From assembly GCA_964633225.1 (NCBI GenBank), contig CAZWFQ010000001.1, forward strand, positions 27,001 through 91,000: 64,000 bases of DNA, in the 5' to 3' direction. The translations under genes were made by a program, and so were the position numbers. The notes beneath the pieces were generated by a model. It was not told the origin of the DNA, made no database searches, and saw only the letters and a list, made by a program, of their open reading frames with translations. Source of the stretch: an uncultured Anaerolineaceae bacterium (GTDB taxonomy: Bacteria > Chloroflexota > Anaerolineae > Anaerolineales > UBA4823). Shown piece by piece: positions 62,329 to 64,000 of the stretch (within the stretch, counting starts at the first letter, position 1; each line of letters starts with the position of its first letter).

Positions 62329-63314
62329 CAGAGCTTGATCTGGCTGGCCCAGTCTCGTTCAGCCTGGTACCAATCTACCAGGCGCTTGACGCCTTCTTGC
62401 AGCGATACAGATGGCTCCCAATTCAGCAGCCGTGCGGCCTTTTGTGTATCGGCCCAGTTGGCAAGCATATCGGCCGGATGGATTGGCTGGCGTTCGATGA
62501 TCGCCTGGCGTCCGATGGATGTCTCAAACAGGTGCAAGAGCTGGTTGATGCTGATGGTTTCGTGTCCGCCCAGGTTGATGACCTCGTAGCCGAGCGGCTT
62601 AAGCCCCAGGATCACGCCGCGTGCAATATCATCCAGGTAAGTAAAGCCGCGCGTCTGTTCCCCATCGCCGTTGAGCTTGACGGGCCGGCCCTCGCTGATC
62701 CATTGGGCAAAACGGAACATGACCATATCGGGCCGAGGGGCCGGGCCATAAACGGTGAAGAAGCGGAAGATCGTCACATCCAGGTTGTACAGGTAATGGT
62801 AGACATGGCACAGGGCTTCGGCGCCTTTTTTACTGGCGGCGTAGGCCTGTAGGGGGTGGTCGCTGTCAGCCACTTCAGGGGTGGGCAGTGGGGCATCCTT
62901 GCCGTAGATGCTGGAAGTGGAGGCCAGAATGAACTTTGGGATGCTTTGGCTACGGCACATCTCCAGCAGGTTCAGGGTGCCGGTCACATTGGTATCCACA
63001 TACACCCAGGGATCTTCTAACGACTGGCGTACACCTGCCCGGGCCGCCAGGTTGATGACTGCGTCAAACCGGTTGCCTTTGAGCGTTTCAACTGCACCGC
63101 GGTCGCTGATATCCAGGTGTTGGAAGGTGAAATGCGCCTCGCCAGGCCCGGCAGGTAGAGCCAGCAGCTTTTTCAAGCGGTACTCTTTCATGCGTGGGTC
63201 GTAGGCATCGTTCATGTTGTCCACCCCAACCACATTGTGCCCGCTTGCCAGCAGGAACTCACACACACGCGATGCAATGAAACCGGCAGCCCCTGTAACC
63301 AAGTAATTAGACAT
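62328..63314 (-). CDS. NAD-dependent nucleotide-sugar 4-epimerase (UDP-glucuronate 4-epimerase-like)
   Basis: 328 aa. LVTGAAGFIASRV, VDNMNDAYDPRMKEYRLKKL, YAASKKGAE (YxxxK) and TVYGPAPRPDM. Confidence 0.75.
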   Translation of the reverse strand: MSNYLVTGAAGFIASRVCEFLLASGHNVVGVDNMNDAYDPRMKEYRLKKLLALPAGPGEAHFTFQHLDISDRGAVETLKGNRFDAVINLAARAGVRQSLEDPWVYVDTNVTGTLNLLEMCRSQSIPKFILASTSSIYGKDAPLPTPEVADSDHPLQAYAASKKGAEALCHVYHYLYNLDVTIFRFFTVYGPAPRPDMVMFRFAQWISEGRPVKLNGDGEQTRGFTYLDDIARGVILGLKPLGYEVINLGGHETISINQLLHLFETSIGRQAIIERQPIHPADMLANWADTQKAARLLNWEPSVSLQEGVKRLVDWYQAERDWASQIKL

Positions 63315-63339
63315 ATCAGTACCTTGATATCCTATGCGT

Positions 63340-63396
63340 AAAAAATCACCGCAGAGAAGCAGCGGCTGAAGGACAGCTGCTGCCTCTCTGCGGTGA
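63340..63396 (-). terminator. rho-independent terminator after the dehydrogenase gene
   Basis: On the minus strand the arms TCACCGCAGAGAGGCAGC (comp. 63379-63396) and GCTGCTTCTCTGCGGTGA (comp. 63346-63363) pair over 18 positions, one as a G-U wobble, around a 15-nt loop. TTTTTT (comp. 63340-63345) follows immediately. The hairpin lies 7 nt after the stop at 63403. Confidence 0.75.
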
Positions 63397-63402
63397 ATGA
63401 GC

Positions 63403-64000
63403 CTAAAGTCTGACGACTTTCGGGTTATCCTTGCCTAACTTGCCCAGGGCGTTACGGGTATCCACCACCAGCTTGGCGGCATCCAGGATGGCTGGATAAT
63501 CGTAGTCGCTGTGGTTAGTTATGATCACCACGCAGTCCACGGCACGCACCGCGGCCATCAGGTCGGGCACGCTGATCATTTCCCAGTTATCATGGCGAAG
63601 CTGAGAAATATAAGGGTCATGATACAGCACGAGGGCGCCCTTTTCTTTCAACAGGGTGATCACGTCCAGGGCTGGGGATTCGCGCAGGTCATCAATATCT
63701 GGCTTATAGGCCGCACCCAGCACCAGCACGCGGTGGTCCTTCAGCGACTTGCCCTGCGAGTTCATGCCGTCCATCACCAGGCTGATGACGTGGCGCGGCA
63801 TATTACTGTTGATTTCTGATGCTAACTCAATGAAGCGGGCCGTGTACTTAAGCGCGTGCAGCTTCCAAGACAGGTAAAGCGGATCGATTGGGATGCAGTG
63901 CCCACCCAGCCCTGGGCCGGGGGTGAACTTCATAAAGCCGAAAGGCTTACTGGCCGCGGCGTCGATCACTTCCCACACGTCCACACCCAGGCGTTTGCAC
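63403..64000 (-). CDS. nucleotide-sugar 6-dehydrogenase (WbpA/TviB/WecC subgroup-like), N-terminus beyond the window
   Basis: The reading frame stays open to the window edge (..CKRLGVDVWEVIDAA..). PGPGLGGHCIPIDPLYLSWK holds the catalytic Cys, in the form I associate with UDP-N-acetylhexosamine dehydrogenases. VLVLGAAYKPDIDDLRESPA is also present. Confidence 0.75.
   Translation of the reverse strand, partial: CKRLGVDVWEVIDAAASKPFGFMKFTPGPGLGGHCIPIDPLYLSWKLHALKYTARFIELASEINSNMPRHVISLVMDGMNSQGKSLKDHRVLVLGAAYKPDIDDLRESPALDVITLLKEKGALVLYHDPYISQLRHDNWEMISVPDLMAAVRAVDCVVIITNHSDYDYPAILDAAKLVVDTRNALGKLGKDNPKVVRL

Overview
The window is GC-rich. Sample 60-nt lines I counted mostly run 55-67% GC. Every convincing gene lies on the minus strand: 59 CDS, with the first and last cut by the window edges. 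I saw no rRNA, tRNA, CRISPR array, transposase or integrase. All long plus-strand ORFs in the track look like antisense shadows.

The whole window is one very large cell-envelope glycan biosynthesis and export supercluster. It contains:
- Nucleotide-sugar genes: the dTDP-L-rhamnose block (rmlC-B-A-D), wecB, gmd and fcl, and a UDP-sugar dehydrogenase plus 4-epimerase.
- Export genes: two complete Wzm/Wzt ABC exporters whose ATPases carry extra C-terminal beta-rich (Wzt_C-like) domains, a Wzx-type flippase and a Wzz-like co-polymerase.
- Transferases: four GT2, two GT4, one uncharacterised GT-A-like protein, three divergent KpsS/KpsC/TagF-like GT-B proteins and a DUF115 (Maf-like) candidate sialyl-type transferase.
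- Eight large polytopic membrane proteins, several with GT-C-like first-loop motifs.
- Modifying enzymes: a sulfotransferase, four SAM methyltransferases and a PIG-L deacetylase.
- Two separate nonulosonic/ulosonic-acid modules, with two NeuB-type synthases and three CMP-sugar cytidylyltransferases. One cytidylyltransferase is fused to a KdsC-type HAD phosphatase.

The most interesting observations are:
1. A PseB-type dehydratase, RmlD-like reductase and NeuB module with no aminotransferase anywhere in 64 kb.
2. The NeuA-HAD fusion next to a SAF-less NeuB.
3. A WbdD-like methyltransferase with a coiled coil next to wzt.
4. A dispersed family of G-free tandem heptamer repeats (YCACNAT)n. They sit immediately upstream of several start codons and twice in frame inside CDSs.
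5. An internal regulatory node (hairpin, promoter, inverted repeat) in front of a MarR-like regulator.

No initiating phosphoglycosyl transferase was recognised. Taxonomy cannot be established from the sequence alone. All family assignments come from motif recognition by eye, not from database searches.
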